64,000 nt of DNA. Source: Spirochaetia bacterium. GTDB taxonomy: Bacteria > Spirochaetota > Spirochaetia > UBA9216. The stretch is taken from positions 992,001 through 1,056,000 of the forward strand of contig CAXXYH010000004.1 of the NCBI GenBank assembly GCA_963677925.2, read 5' to 3'. The notes under the pieces are model-generated. The model saw only the letters and a list, made by a program, of their open reading frames with translations, was not told where the DNA came from and made no database searches. Both the position numbers and the translations under genes were made by a program. This document shows positions 17,101-26,834 of this stretch, in pieces. Within the stretch, counting starts at the first letter, position 1. Each line of letters starts with the position of its first letter.

Positions 17101-18606
17101 TGATAGGATTGCAAGCGCCTCATCGTTACCCATTGATGAGAGCGGCTCAGAGCCGTTAGCGGCCATCGGTGCGATCACCTTTGTGAGTTCCTCATGCGAG
17201 TATCCGAACACTCTCTGAAGTTTTGCGATATTTTCAGGGTCGGTTTCTGCTATTTCAGGAATCTGAAAAAGCTCCCTCAATTCAATTCTGTTTTCATCAA
17301 GCCATCTTCGGTAGGGCTTTGAACGGCTTATTTCAGATTTAACCTCGTTGTCATATCTGACCCGGTGTTTTTCAAAGTCGACGATGATCATCTTACCCGG
17401 AGCAAGCCTTCCGTTTCTCATTACATCTTCGGGTGCAATATCAAGTACTCCTGATTCTGAGGCGAGAACGAATCTGCCGCTTTTTGTAAGTGTCCATCTT
17501 GCAGGCCTAAGTCCGTTTCTGTCCAGACATGCGCCGACTTTAAGGCCGTCGGTAAATACGATAGCTGCCGGACCGTCCCAGGGTTCCATTATTGCTGCGT
17601 GATATTCATAGAATGCACGGCGATCCTGGCTTATATGGTAGGTCTGTCCGAAAGCTTCCGGCATCATCATCATGGCGGCATGTTCAATAGGCCTTCCGCC
17701 TGCCGTAAGAAGTTCCAGGACTGCATCAAAGTTTGCCGAGTCGCTGAGTCTTGAGTCGGTAACAGGAAACAGTTTGCTTATGTCTTTTCCGTAAAATTCA
17801 GAGCTAATATTCGGTTCTCTGGATTTCATTCTGTTGAGGTTTCCGCGCAGGGTGTTGATTTCACCGTTGTGGGCTATTGATCTGAACGGCTGGGCCAGAA
17901 TCCATGACGGAAAGGTGTTCGTGCTGTACCTCTGGTGTACTACGGCAAAAACTGATTTAAATTTTTTGTTTCTCAGATCGTCGTAGAAAGCTTCAAGCTG
18001 CGGGGCTACAAACATGCCCTTATAAACAACTGTTCTGCATGAAAGTGATGCAGTGTAAAGATCTTCCGGTTCGAAGTCTGCAGCAATTGCCTTGTTGTTG
18101 ATGATTTTTCTAATAAGGAAAAGCTTCCGTTCGAGTTTTTCTCCCTTACAGCCGCTTACTCTTATAAATGCCTGACGAATCTCCGGTCTGGATGCTTCGG
18201 CCTTTACGCCGAGACATGATGGGTCGACAGGAACGTTCCTCCATCCAAGGATATCCGCTCCGCATTCGTTGCATGCCTCTTCAATAAACTTCAGGGCTGT
18301 TGTCAGTTTTTTACCGTCTCTGGGAAGGAAAAACATTCCAAGACCGTATTCTCCCTTGGGCGGCAGATCGATTCCAAGAGCTTTGCTTTCGTCTTCAAAA
18401 AAGCTGAAAGGAATCTGGAAGAGCATTCCTGCGCCGTCTCCGGTTGCATCATTGGTCTCAGCGCCTCTGTGAACAAGTTTCTTCAGGATTGTCAGGCCGT
18501 CTGTGAGGATCTGATGTTCGGCCTTGCCTGTTATGTTCGCGGTAAATCCGATACCGCAGGCGTCGTGTTCGTTAATGGGGTCGTATAAACCAAATTTTTG
18601 CTGCAT
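14140..18606 (-). CDS. gltB: Glutamate synthase large subunit
   Basis: EHDACG Ntn cysteine, HQRYSTNT, HNGEIN, QVTNPPID, SGEGG, QGAKPGEGG, GXGXG domain. Start moved to ATG 18606 (AGGAG RBS). Confidence 0.97.
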   Translation of the reverse strand: MQQKFGLYDPINEHDACGIGFTANITGKAEHQILTDGLTILKKLVHRGAETNDATGDGAGMLFQIPFSFFEDESKALGIDLPPKGEYGLGMFFLPRDGKKLTTALKFIEEACNECGADILGWRNVPVDPSCLGVKAEASRPEIRQAFIRVSGCKGEKLERKLFLIRKIINNKAIAADFEPEDLYTASLSCRTVVYKGMFVAPQLEAFYDDLRNKKFKSVFAVVHQRYSTNTFPSWILAQPFRSIAHNGEINTLRGNLNRMKSREPNISSEFYGKDISKLFPVTDSRLSDSANFDAVLELLTAGGRPIEHAAMMMMPEAFGQTYHISQDRRAFYEYHAAIMEPWDGPAAIVFTDGLKVGACLDRNGLRPARWTLTKSGRFVLASESGVLDIAPEDVMRNGRLAPGKMIIVDFEKHRVRYDNEVKSEISRSKPYRRWLDENRIELRELFQIPEIAETDPENIAKLQRVFGYSHEELTKVIAPMAANGSEPLSSMGNDEALAILSARPALMYDYFKQLFAQVTNPPIDPYREKLVMSLMSFIGKEGNLLSETPEHCRQLKLQHPILSNNDMQKIKTLDHEDMKSAVIDSLYEAGTGEEGLKKALDRMSAEAVEKISEGATFIILSDKNVSQYSVPVPALLAISAVHHALVENKVRQNAGLFIETGEARDVMHMALLLGYGASAINPYLVFQSLSGLQTSGNLPESMKLEIAAENYIAACKAGIMKIMSKMGVSTLRSYRGSQLFESVGLNREFIDRFFSGTASRIGGIGLESIAESSDKRHSSAYSQVQLNKTTELDAGGKLHYRKKSIKHLMTPQAVTLMHKAIRNGDYGIYKQFSAEINNFSEKLCTLRSLFKFKTQTPIPLEEVEPEEEIVKRFVSSAMSLGSISREAHETIAIAMNRLGGMSNSGEGGENIERYTPLENGDSLNSKVKQIASARFGVTSNYLAHAQELQIKIAQGAKPGEGGQLPGHKVDNFIGSIRYAEPGTVLISPPPHHDIYSIEDLAQLIYDLKCGNPTARVSVKLVSEAGVGTIAAGVAKGKAGMILISGGDGGTGASPISSIKYAGMPWELGLAETQQTLVLNGLRKNVRLQTDGQMRTGRDIVIAALLGAEEFGFGTVSLVSMGCVMMRKCHKNTCPVGVATQDPELRKRFAGKPEHLINYMTYVARETREIMAELGFRTIDEMVGRTEILEMNDAIETWKQQGIDLSGILAKPEAASHEEYYCTEPSVMDLSSHLDNKILKKAAGVIAKPGTPVEMDLKIQNTDRSVGATLSYKVSEKHSHTGLPEGSINCRFTGHAGQSFGAFLAQGIKFSLSGTANDYLGKGLSGGQIVISPPEKSSFRSQNNIIIGNVSMFGATSGEVFISGMAGERFCVRNSGATAVVEGVGDHACEYMTGGKVVILGKVGLNFAAGMSGGVAYVLDEDQLFDTKCNLEMVNVEPISDAFELNGLKSLIEKHIELTGSEYAAGILKDWTEMAPAFVRVMPIGRNK

Positions 18607-18634
18607 ATGGCTCTCCTGGTTAATAACTGTCATG

Positions 18635-18675
18635 TTTGTGGCAACATATTGCCACAAAAAACTTAAATATGTCAA
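18635..18675 (-). promoter_or_regulatory. gltBD sigma70 promoter overlapped by a palindromic operator
   Basis: TTGACA at 18675-18670; -10 region about 18651-18646 lies inside the perfect palindrome TTTGTGGCAA-CATA-TTGCCACAAA (18635-18658). A related site is at 18698-18719. Confidence 0.7.
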
Positions 18676-18781
18676 GAAATCATCAAAAAAGAATGCTTTT
18701 TGTGGCAATGGTTACCATATAATCATTTTTTGAGGTTAAATATTCATTTTCAGTTAAATTTTAGTGGATATTAGCGGTAAA

Positions 18782-19789
18782 TCAAAGAAAATCGTTTATT
18801 TGTTGGGGGAGAGCGGTGAAGTGAAAAAGCCTTGAGAAGTCAATTACATCGGAAACCGCATGAATTTTTGTATTAAAATTCTGCTCGAAAAGGGTGGCAA
18901 GCGGATTGAGACCTCCGATTGCAATTCCGCCGACTCTTCCTACGTTGATTGGAATTTCAAGCAGAGGGTGTTCCGGATAGCTCAATTTGATGATATTTCC
19001 CAGTCCCAGCTTTTCAAGTCTTCCTATTATTCGTGCTGCATCGGTCCTTGCATTTTCGGGTATCTCGAAGAAGTTTGCTCCAATCCGGCCGTTCCCTTTT
19101 TTTTCAATTCCGGAAAAACTGGTCATGCCGCTCTGTATGAATATTTCGAGAGGGTCGATGCTTGTTCCGTCATAGTTTATTATCTGTACAAAGCGCACCG
19201 GTTCATTTTTTTCAATCTGAAGCAGTCCGCCGAATTTTGACTGAATAGGAATTCCCATTTTGATGAGTACTCCGTTAAAGGTGAATGAGCATACTGTTCC
19301 AAGACCAATATAACCGTCGGGCACAAGGTGGTTTCCAACGTATTCGCCCTCTCTGTAAAGGGTGACAAGCTGTCCCATCGAGAAACCAGCTCTGAATACC
19401 GGAGACATCAGTTCTATTGCTGCCGGAAAATCTTCCTTTTTGATGAAACTGATATTAATAATAACAGTTCCTTTCTGAGTCTGTATGTCAAAGTTCATTC
19501 GGCAGGCCATCTGGTCAATCCGGGCATTGAGGAATCCTACTTTTTCGAAGACTCTCGAAGCCTCAATTTCTCTGATACCCTTCTGTGTGATGAATCTTCC
19601 GTGTTTTTCTGAATATTCGGTCAGACCCGCATCGTCCATTGATTTCAGATGGAATCTGATGGTGCGCGGGCTGATGTCATAACCGAGGGTCAGCAGTTCA
19701 TCTGTTATGGTTTTACTTGAAAGTGGTTTTTCAGCATCACGGAGGACTCTGAGTATTGCAAGGCGCTTTTTTTCTATTTTCTCGGTCAT
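18782..19789 (-). CDS. nrpR: NrpR family nitrogen regulator (winged HTH plus one NRD/DUF128 domain)
   Basis: N-terminal wHTH (ILRVL, RTIRFHL..MD..GLT, GR.IT.KG); NRD motifs G.VIIN.S, TVCSFTFNGVL, YDGTSIDPLEIF, GGLNPLA. Confidence 0.88.
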   Translation of the reverse strand: MTEKIEKKRLAILRVLRDAEKPLSSKTITDELLTLGYDISPRTIRFHLKSMDDAGLTEYSEKHGRFITQKGIREIEASRVFEKVGFLNARIDQMACRMNFDIQTQKGTVIINISFIKKEDFPAAIELMSPVFRAGFSMGQLVTLYREGEYVGNHLVPDGYIGLGTVCSFTFNGVLIKMGIPIQSKFGGLLQIEKNEPVRFVQIINYDGTSIDPLEIFIQSGMTSFSGIEKKGNGRIGANFFEIPENARTDAARIIGRLEKLGLGNIIKLSYPEHPLLEIPINVGRVGGIAIGGLNPLATLFEQNFNTKIHAVSDVIDFSRLFHFTALPQQINDFL

Positions 19790-19861
19790 AGTATTTGACT
19801 TACACCATTAATTCTGGGTTGTAAAGAGAAAATCAGGAACTTTAGCCTAAAACCCCTTAAC

Positions 19862-19910
19862 TTTAGATCTTTTTTTAGATATATTTATAGTAACCTACAG
19901 AAATGTAGGA
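19862..19910 (+). promoter_or_regulatory. Promoter of the NifA-like activator with an adjacent palindrome (putative autoregulatory site)
   Basis: -10 TATAGT at 19886-19891 followed by CCTACA-GAAA-TGTAGG at 19894-19909. Confidence 0.6.
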
Positions 19911-19928
19911 TAAGACAAGGAAGACAAA

Positions 19929-21470
19929 TTGGAACAGCTCAAAGATTCTCACTATCGAAGGAAGGTTAAAGAACACTCCGTTCTCTTTGACATCAGCCGT
20001 ATTCTTGATACAAGTACTGATCTTCAGAACAGTATAGCCCCTGTGCTTACCCTGCTTGCCGATGAAATGGATATGAAGCGCGGTATGGTAACTCTTTTAA
20101 ACCGGCTTACAGAAAAAATTCAGATTGAAGCCGCACACGGTCTGTCCGAACAGCAGCAGAGCAGGGGCCGGTATAACCAGGGAGAAGGAATAATCGGACA
20201 GGTGACCCAGACAGGAGAGCCTGCGGTTGTTCAGGATATCAATCAGGACCCGAAGTTTCTTGACCGGACTCAGGCCAGGGGAAGGGTTGAAGGCCGGAAG
20301 ACCGCTTTTATCTGCGTACCCATCAAAATAGAGGGAAAGGTTATCGGCACCCTGAGTATTGATCGCGAATATGCTGAAGAAATTGATTTTGATGATGATG
20401 TCAAACTTTTAAGTATTATCGGTTCAATGATAGCCCAGGCGGTGAAGGTTAGACGTAGGGTCCAGGAAGAAAAGGATAGAAACGAGCAGCTCCAGCAGCA
20501 GCTGAAGAGCAAGTACACACCTTCAAATATGATTGGAAAGGCAAATGCAATGCAGGAAGTCTTCAATCTGATACAGCAGGTTTCCGGCAGTAATGCCACT
20601 GTCCTGATAAGGGGTGAAAGCGGAACAGGTAAGGAGCTGGTTGCCCAGGCTATTCACTACAGCAGTCCCAGGGCTCATAAACCCTTTATTAAAGTAAACT
20701 GTGCCGCCCTGCCGGAGTCTGTAATAGAAAGTGAGCTGTTCGGACACGAAAAGGGCGCCTTTACAAGTGCCATAGCTTCACGAAAAGGCCGCTTTGAGCT
20801 TGCCGACGGCGGGACAATCTTTCTTGATGAGATAGGCGACCTTTCACCGATGACTCAGGTAAAACTGCTGCGGGTTCTGCAGGAAAAAGAATTTGAACGT
20901 GTGGGCGGTACCGAGACCATAAAGGTAAATGTCAGGGTTATTGCTGCAACTAACAGGCCGCTCGAAGAAATGATGAGTGAGTCCAAGTTTCGTGAGGACC
21001 TTTATTACAGGCTGAATGTATTTCCAGTTAATATTCCTCCATTAAGAGACCGGAAAACCGATATAATCCTTCTGGCAGATTACTTCACTGAAAAATATGC
21101 CGAACGCAACGAGAAGGAAATTAAACGTATCTCTACTCCTGCAATTGAACTGCTTATGAGTTATCACTGGCCCGGTAACGTCCGTGAGCTTGAGAACTGT
21201 ATAGAGCGTGCCGTGCTGCTGACTACCGACGGGGTTATACACGGTCACCTTCTTCCTCCCAGCCTTCAAAGCGCCGAATCTACAGACAGCGGTCCCGAGA
21301 ATAATCTCAAATCAGCTATTGAACGGCTTGAAAGAGAGATGCTGGAGGATTCTCTTAAATCTTCCAAGGGAAATATGGCCGCAGCAGCAAGACTTCTTGG
21401 CATTACCGAAAGAAAGATGGGGCTGCGTGTGGCTAAATATGATATCGAAACACGTAAATATAATGTATAA
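19929..21470 (+). CDS. NifA-like sigma54-dependent activator (GAF-AAA+-Fis HTH)
   Basis: N-terminal GAF domain; GESGTGKE, ESELFGHEKGAFTSA, FLDEIG, FREDLYYRLNV, WPGNVRELEN; C-terminal HTH. TTG start. Confidence 0.9.
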   Translation: MEQLKDSHYRRKVKEHSVLFDISRILDTSTDLQNSIAPVLTLLADEMDMKRGMVTLLNRLTEKIQIEAAHGLSEQQQSRGRYNQGEGIIGQVTQTGEPAVVQDINQDPKFLDRTQARGRVEGRKTAFICVPIKIEGKVIGTLSIDREYAEEIDFDDDVKLLSIIGSMIAQAVKVRRRVQEEKDRNEQLQQQLKSKYTPSNMIGKANAMQEVFNLIQQVSGSNATVLIRGESGTGKELVAQAIHYSSPRAHKPFIKVNCAALPESVIESELFGHEKGAFTSAIASRKGRFELADGGTIFLDEIGDLSPMTQVKLLRVLQEKEFERVGGTETIKVNVRVIAATNRPLEEMMSESKFREDLYYRLNVFPVNIPPLRDRKTDIILLADYFTEKYAERNEKEIKRISTPAIELLMSYHWPGNVRELENCIERAVLLTTDGVIHGHLLPPSLQSAESTDSGPENNLKSAIERLEREMLEDSLKSSKGNMAAAARLLGITERKMGLRVAKYDIETRKYNV

Positions 21471-21490
21471 GGCTTATATTTAATTTTTAT

Positions 21491-21556
21491 TCCTACAAAA
21501 ATGTCGGATCAAAAGGTTCCGCGAACATTTTTGTAGGAAATTTACATTTATGTAAT
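21491..21556 (+). promoter_or_regulatory. Putative upstream activator sequences (ACA-N4-TGT core) for the amtB promoter
   Basis: TCCTACA-AAAA-TGTCGGA (21491), CGAACA-TTTT-TGTAGGA (21522), TTACA-TTTA-TGTAA (21542); same motif as 19894. Confidence 0.7.
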
Positions 21557-21647
21557 AAAGAACTTTTACTTCCCTGATTTTTTGAAAATTATTTAATTCC
21601 TTTTATAGCAAGCAGATAAAAAATCCTTAAAATATCTTTTCTGAAGT

Positions 21648-21663
21648 TGGCACAGCAGTTGCT
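21648..21663 (+). promoter_or_regulatory. sigma54 (-24/-12) promoter of amtB-glnK-glnA
   Basis: TGGCAC-AGCAG-TTGCT, a consensus match 41 nt upstream of the amtB ATG. Confidence 0.9.
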
Positions 21664-21704
21664 TTATAGTGGGTGGGTAGAAAAACTTTCTTAAGGAGAG
21701 AAAT

Positions 21705-23045
21705 ATGAAGATTAAGAGGATTTTAATCCTGTCAGCAGCCGGATTGTTAATGTCCGGGGCAGCGTTGTTTGCTGAAGAAATGAGTACAGCTGACACCCTG
21801 GCACTCTACTCAGATGCCTTCGATATGATCTGGCTTGTGCTTGCAGCAGCACTTGTGTTTTTTATGCAGGCCGGATTCGCAATGGTTGAGACTGGTCTTA
21901 CCAGAGCAAAAAATGCCGGTAACATTATTATGAAAAACCTTATGGATTTTTCAGCCGGTGCAGTTGCTTACTGGGCAGTGGGCTGGGCTTTAATGTACGG
22001 AGCCACTAAGGCTGGTGTTATCGGATCCGATCAGTTCTTTCTGAGCGGTGCTGATGCGGCAACATTCAGAGACTGGATGTTCCAGGTTGTTTTTGCAGCT
22101 ACTGCAGCTACCATAGTTTCAGGTGCAATGGCTGAAAGAACAAAATTCACCAGTTACCTTATTTACAGTGTGTTCATCTCTGCAATTATTTATCCAATCT
22201 CAGGACACTGGATATGGAGCGGAGTAGGCTGGTTAGGAAATCTTGGATTCCATGACTTTGCCGGTTCTACAGTAGTGCACTCTGTAGGCGGTTGGGCAGC
22301 TCTTGCAGGTGCCATCATCCTCGGACCGAGAATCGGTAAGTACGTAGTAGTTGACGGTGTGAAGAGAAGAAAGGCTATTCCAGGCCATAACCTTCCGCTT
22401 GCAGCACTCGGTGTATTTATCCTTTGGTTTGGATGGTACGGATTTAATGCCGGTTCAACACTTTCAGGAACTGACATGGGAATCGCACATGTAGCTGTTA
22501 CTACAACACTTGCTGCTTCTACAGGCGCAATCGGTGCTATGCTTACTTCATGGCTTATGTTCGGAAAACCGGACCCAAGTATGTCGCTTAACGGTGCTCT
22601 TGCAGGTCTTGTCGGAATTACCGCACCCTGTGCAGTTGTATCTCCTTTCGGAGCTATTATAATTGGTGTTATAGCCGGTATCCTGGTTGTTCTTTCTGTT
22701 GAGTTTATTGACGGTGTTCTGCATATTGACGATCCTGTTGGTGCTGTTTCTGTACACGGTGTATGCGGTGCATGGGGAACTCTTGCAGTTGGTCTTTTTG
22801 CAACAGCAGACAGCGGTGTAGGCCCCGGTCTTTTCTACGGCGGCGGATTTGCTCAGCTTGGTGTTCAGGCTCTTGGTGTAGTATCCGTTTTTGCATGGGT
22901 TTTTGCTACAGCTTCCATACTGTTCCTTATAATCAAGAAAACAGTTGGTCTGCGTGTTGATCCTAAGCACGAACGTGAAGGTCTTGATACAAGCGAACAC
23001 GGAATGGAATCCTATAGCGGTTTCCAGATATTCAGCAATATGTAG
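21705..23045 (+). CDS. amtB: Ammonium transporter
   Basis: [45 protein letters not shown]. Confidence 0.97.
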   Translation: MKIKRILILSAAGLLMSGAALFAEEMSTADTLALYSDAFDMIWLVLAAALVFFMQAGFAMVETGLTRAKNAGNIIMKNLMDFSAGAVAYWAVGWALMYGATKAGVIGSDQFFLSGADAATFRDWMFQVVFAATAATIVSGAMAERTKFTSYLIYSVFISAIIYPISGHWIWSGVGWLGNLGFHDFAGSTVVHSVGGWAALAGAIILGPRIGKYVVVDGVKRRKAIPGHNLPLAALGVFILWFGWYGFNAGSTLSGTDMGIAHVAVTTTLAASTGAIGAMLTSWLMFGKPDPSMSLNGALAGLVGITAPCAVVSPFGAIIIGVIAGILVVLSVEFIDGVLHIDDPVGAVSVHGVCGAWGTLAVGLFATADSGVGPGLFYGGGFAQLGVQALGVVSVFAWVFATASILFLIIKKTVGLRVDPKHEREGLDTSEHGMESYSGFQIFSNM

Positions 23046-23057
23046 GAGGGAGGAATA

Positions 23058-23399
23058 ATGAAACTGATAACAGCATTTATTCAGCCGCATGCGCTGAACA
23101 AGGTAAAACAGGAATTATACAAGAATGAAGTTTATAAAATGTCTGTAACCAACACGCTTGGCTGCGGACAGCAGATGGGCTATCATGAGTCATACAGAGG
23201 TGTTGACGTTGAAGTTAATCTGTTAAAGAAAATAAGGCTTGATATAGCCGTAAACGATGATTTCGTTAAACCGACAGTTGATGCAATTGTCGCAGGCGCA
23301 AGAAGCGGCGAAATCGGAGATGGAAAAATCTTCGTAACTCCGATCGAGGAATGTATCCGTATCAGAAACGGAGAAACCGGTCAGATTGCGATTGGTTGA
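23058..23399 (+). CDS. glnK: P-II nitrogen regulatory protein
   Basis: G.GQQ.G..ESYRG T-loop and [10 protein letters not shown]; directly downstream of amtB. Confidence 0.93.
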   Translation: MKLITAFIQPHALNKVKQELYKNEVYKMSVTNTLGCGQQMGYHESYRGVDVEVNLLKKIRLDIAVNDDFVKPTVDAIVAGARSGEIGDGKIFVTPIEECIRIRNGETGQIAIG

Positions 23400-23483
23400 T
23401 TGTGTGTGTAATGTAAAAACAGAGGTAAAAAAGTTAAGTTTTTTAAAGAATAAATATGGAGTATTTTTTTAAGGAGTTTTCTT

Positions 23484-25607
23484 ATGTACGATAATATTGA
23501 TTTCACAGCAACGCCTCTTTATGACCTTTACGGGTCAAACTGTTTCTCAGATGCTGAAATGAGAATTAGACTTCCAAAAAGCATATACAAAGAGGTAAAA
23601 GCGGTTCAGGAGGGTACAAAACCGCTTACACTCGAAGTTGCAGAAGTTGTCGCCAGCGCAATGAAAGACTGGGCAATTGATAAGGGTGCAACTCACTACA
23701 CCCACTGGTTTCAGCCGCTGACAGGCTGGACAGCAGAAAAACACGATTCATTTATCGCACCTCAGCCGGACGGCAAGGTGATGATGGAATTTTCAGGTAA
23801 AGAACTCATCAAGGGTGAACCTGATGCATCAAGTTTTCCCAGCGGAGGACTCAGGGCAACTTTTGAAGCTCGCGGTTACACAGCATGGGATACTACATCT
23901 CCCGCATTTGTGAGAGAAGATGAATCAGGAGTTACTCTTTGTATTCCTACAGCGTTTGTCTCTTACCATGGAGAAGCACTCGATAAGAAAGTGCCTCTTC
24001 TCCGCTCAATGGATGCGCTTAACAAACAGGCTTTAAGAGTTTTAAGTGCTCTCGGCGTTGAAGCCGGAAAGGTTACACCAAGTGTAGGTCCTGAGCAGGA
24101 ATACTTTCTGGTTAAGAAAGATCTTTTTGATAAACGTTCAGACCTCATGCTTGCAGGCAGAACCCTGTTCGGAAAAATGTCTTCAAAGGGTCAGGAAATG
24201 GATGACCACTACTTTGGAGCTATTAAAGAAACAGCTGCTGCATTCATGAAAGAACTGAACTATGAACTGTGGAAACTCGGAATATCAGCAAAAACTCAGC
24301 ATAATGAGGTTGCTCCCAACCAGTTCGAACTTGCTACTATCTATGATTCAGCCAATGTAGCATCCGACAGAAACCAGCTGGTTATGTCAACAATGCAGAA
24401 AGTTGCAGCAAGACATGGTCTTGTTGCGCTTCTTCATGAAAAACCGTTCGCAGGAGTTAACGGTTCCGGTAAACACAATAACTGGTCAATGGCCACTGAT
24501 ACCGGATTAAACCTGCTTGAACCAGGCGACAGCCCGCAGGATAATGCGCAGTTCCTTCTTTTTGTAGCTGCAGTTATCAAAGCGGTTGATGTATATGCTC
24601 CTATTCTCAGAGCCGCGGCATCCAACTCCGGTAACGACCACCGACTTGGAGCTAATGAAGCTCCGCCAGCAATTATTTCAATTTTTCTTGGAGATCAGCT
24701 TGATGCAGTATTATCAAGCCTCGCCGAAGGTAAGCCTCTCGAGACCTCTACCGGAGATAAACTGGAATTAGGAGTTACAAGTATTCCTGATCTGCCCAGG
24801 GACCTGACCGACAGAAACCGGACTTCTCCCTTCGCATTTACAGGAAACAAATTTGAATTCAGAATGGTGCCTTCATCTCTGTCAATTTCAGGACCGAATA
24901 CTGCAATCAATACCGCAGTAGCTGAAATACTTTCAGAGTTTGCAGACAGGCTTGAAGGGGCCGGCGATAAGAATGCGGAAATCGCCGCTATTGTTAAGGA
25001 AACCTACAAGGCACACAAGAAGGTTATCTTTAACGGAAACGGTTATTCCGATGAATGGGTTGTTGAAGCTGAAAAGCGAGGGCTGCCCAATATTAAATCA
25101 ACTATAGAAGCTCTTCCCGTATTTGAAAGCATGGAATCAGTTGAACTTTTTGGAAAGCACGGTGTTTTCTCCAAAGAGGAACTTGAATCACGTGTTGAAA
25201 TATACCTTGAAGTATATGCACAGCAGATTAATGTTGAAGCCAAGCTTATGGTCGATATTGCAGAACGCAAGATTTATCCTGCAGCTGCAGCATATGTTAA
25301 AGAGCTCAGTGAAACCGCACTGGCATTAAAAGAAGTTGTATCCGGAGCTGATCTTTCAGCCTTTACCGGCACTATCAAGAGCATCAGTGAACAGCTTAGC
25401 GGACTTACTGCTAAGTTCTCTGAACTTAAAGCTCTTATCGAAAAAGCAGGGAATGCTGAAGAGGTTGCAGAATCTGCATCAATCTTCAGAAATGAAGTTT
25501 TTGTTAAAATGGGAGAACTCAGAGAGTATGGAGATGCTCTCGAAGGACTTCTTCCGAAAGAAAAATGGCCGTTCCCTGATTATGAGGACCTCCTTTTCAG
25601 GCTTTAG
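23484..25607 (+). CDS. glnA: Glutamine synthetase type III
   Basis: 707 aa; [65 protein letters not shown]. Confidence 0.96.
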   Translation: MYDNIDFTATPLYDLYGSNCFSDAEMRIRLPKSIYKEVKAVQEGTKPLTLEVAEVVASAMKDWAIDKGATHYTHWFQPLTGWTAEKHDSFIAPQPDGKVMMEFSGKELIKGEPDASSFPSGGLRATFEARGYTAWDTTSPAFVREDESGVTLCIPTAFVSYHGEALDKKVPLLRSMDALNKQALRVLSALGVEAGKVTPSVGPEQEYFLVKKDLFDKRSDLMLAGRTLFGKMSSKGQEMDDHYFGAIKETAAAFMKELNYELWKLGISAKTQHNEVAPNQFELATIYDSANVASDRNQLVMSTMQKVAARHGLVALLHEKPFAGVNGSGKHNNWSMATDTGLNLLEPGDSPQDNAQFLLFVAAVIKAVDVYAPILRAAASNSGNDHRLGANEAPPAIISIFLGDQLDAVLSSLAEGKPLETSTGDKLELGVTSIPDLPRDLTDRNRTSPFAFTGNKFEFRMVPSSLSISGPNTAINTAVAEILSEFADRLEGAGDKNAEIAAIVKETYKAHKKVIFNGNGYSDEWVVEAEKRGLPNIKSTIEALPVFESMESVELFGKHGVFSKEELESRVEIYLEVYAQQINVEAKLMVDIAERKIYPAAAAYVKELSETALALKEVVSGADLSAFTGTIKSISEQLSGLTAKFSELKALIEKAGNAEEVAESASIFRNEVFVKMGELREYGDALEGLLPKEKWPFPDYEDLLFRL

Positions 25608-25645
25608 GAACTCTCCTGAGCTGTTGATATCTCCATATTTGTCTT

Positions 25646-25673
25646 GCCGGCGCATTGCGCCGGCTCTTTTTTT
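25646..25673 (+). terminator. Intrinsic terminator after glnA
   Basis: GCCGGCGCA-T-TGCGCCGGC followed by a T-run. Confidence 0.8.
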
Positions 25674-25738
25674 ATACACTTGATATACGTATATAGCAGA
25701 TATCATTAGGAAATTTTCGAAATCTCCGCTGGAAAAAT

Positions 25739-25786
25739 TTGACAGGTAATGGAAAAAGGGGTTACAATCTATGCACACGTTTGCAT
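25739..25786 (+). promoter_or_regulatory. sigma70 promoter with LacI-family operator
   Basis: TTGACA (25739)-18 bp-TACAAT (25763), then ATGCACACGTTTGCAT at 25771-25786. Confidence 0.8.
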
Positions 25787-25801
25787 AAGGTTGATCGCTA
25801 A

Positions 25802-26821
25802 ATGACTATAAAAGAGCTTGCAAAGATTGCCGGTCTCAGTCATTCGACTGTATCACGGAGTCTTAACGACAGCCCTCTGATTTCAGAGGAAACAAAGCAG
25901 AGGGTAAAAAAACTTGCGCAGCAGTACAACTTTGAACTTAATGCAAACGCCAGGGGTTTAATAACCAACCGTACCGGTACAATCGGAATTATTTTTCCTG
26001 CCTTGAATGATAAGTTCCGTAATCTTCAGTACCTTGGCAGCCTTATGAACAGCCTGCGTTATACAATTGAAGAAGACCAGTACGACAGCATTATCACCTT
26101 TCCGAAGAACCCCAAAACCGGAAGAAGCAATATCAGTAAATTAATCAGGCAGAAAAAAGTGGACGGACTTCTTCTTGTTGTTCAGGATATTGAGAGAGAA
26201 GACTGGAGCAGTCTGCAGGAATCGGGACTTCCCTTTGTTTCTCTCCATTTCAAATGGCAGAATGAACTTCAGCGCGGTATCAACTTTGTGTATCCGGATA
26301 ATTATCGCGGCGGATACCTTGCCACAGAATGCCTTTTAAAGGCCGGGCGCAGGAAAATCATGTGCCTCTCAGAGGTAGGCGGACTCTATGAGTTTGTTGA
26401 AAGGGTAAGAGGCTACAAGACCGCACTCAGTGACTGGGGGATTGAGCCAAAAGAATCGGATATCGGCTACGGGATCAGCGGATTCGACTATGGATACAAT
26501 TATATAATCGAACATTCTGACAGGCTTAGAGATTATGACGGTCTTTTTGCCCAGGCAGATATGATCGCAATCGGAGCGATGGAGGCGATGAAAAGTCTTG
26601 GTGTAAATATTCCGGAAGATATTTCGGTTGTCGGATACGATGATATCGATCTTGATTATTTTTTCCGGCCAAGACTGACGACTATTCATCAGCCAAAGGA
26701 GCGGCATACTGAGATAGCCTGCCGCAGACTTATAGAAATGATTGAGAATCCGGAAGCTGAGGGTCTGGTTCAGGAGGTTATTGAACCGACTCTGCTGATA
26801 CGGGAGTCCTGTGTCCTTTAA
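25802..26821 (+). CDS. LacI family transcriptional regulator
   Basis: TIKELAKIAGLSHSTVSRSLN HTH; ISVVGYDD and LTTIHQP. Confidence 0.95.
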   Translation: MTIKELAKIAGLSHSTVSRSLNDSPLISEETKQRVKKLAQQYNFELNANARGLITNRTGTIGIIFPALNDKFRNLQYLGSLMNSLRYTIEEDQYDSIITFPKNPKTGRSNISKLIRQKKVDGLLLVVQDIEREDWSSLQESGLPFVSLHFKWQNELQRGINFVYPDNYRGGYLATECLLKAGRRKIMCLSEVGGLYEFVERVRGYKTALSDWGIEPKESDIGYGISGFDYGYNYIIEHSDRLRDYDGLFAQADMIAIGAMEAMKSLGVNIPEDISVVGYDDIDLDYFFRPRLTTIHQPKERHTEIACRRLIEMIENPEAEGLVQEVIEPTLLIRESCVL

Positions 26822-26834
26822 GGAGTAAAGCTGT

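Noticed and set aside
18639-18654. TGGCA...TTGC upstream of gltB as a sigma54 promoter
   Set aside because: GG-to-GC spacing is 9 nt rather than the required 10; the sequence is a symmetric palindrome inside a TTGACA-type promoter.
18607-18708. 34-aa N-terminal extension of GltB in the ORF track
   Set aside because: It covers the promoter and operator; ATG 18606 has an AGGAG RBS and gives the usual GLY.P..EHDAC start.
19929-21470. Calling the activator a bona fide nifA
   Set aside because: No nif genes in the window, no TGT-N10-ACA sites recognised upstream of amtB, and the adjacent target is amtB-glnK-glnA.
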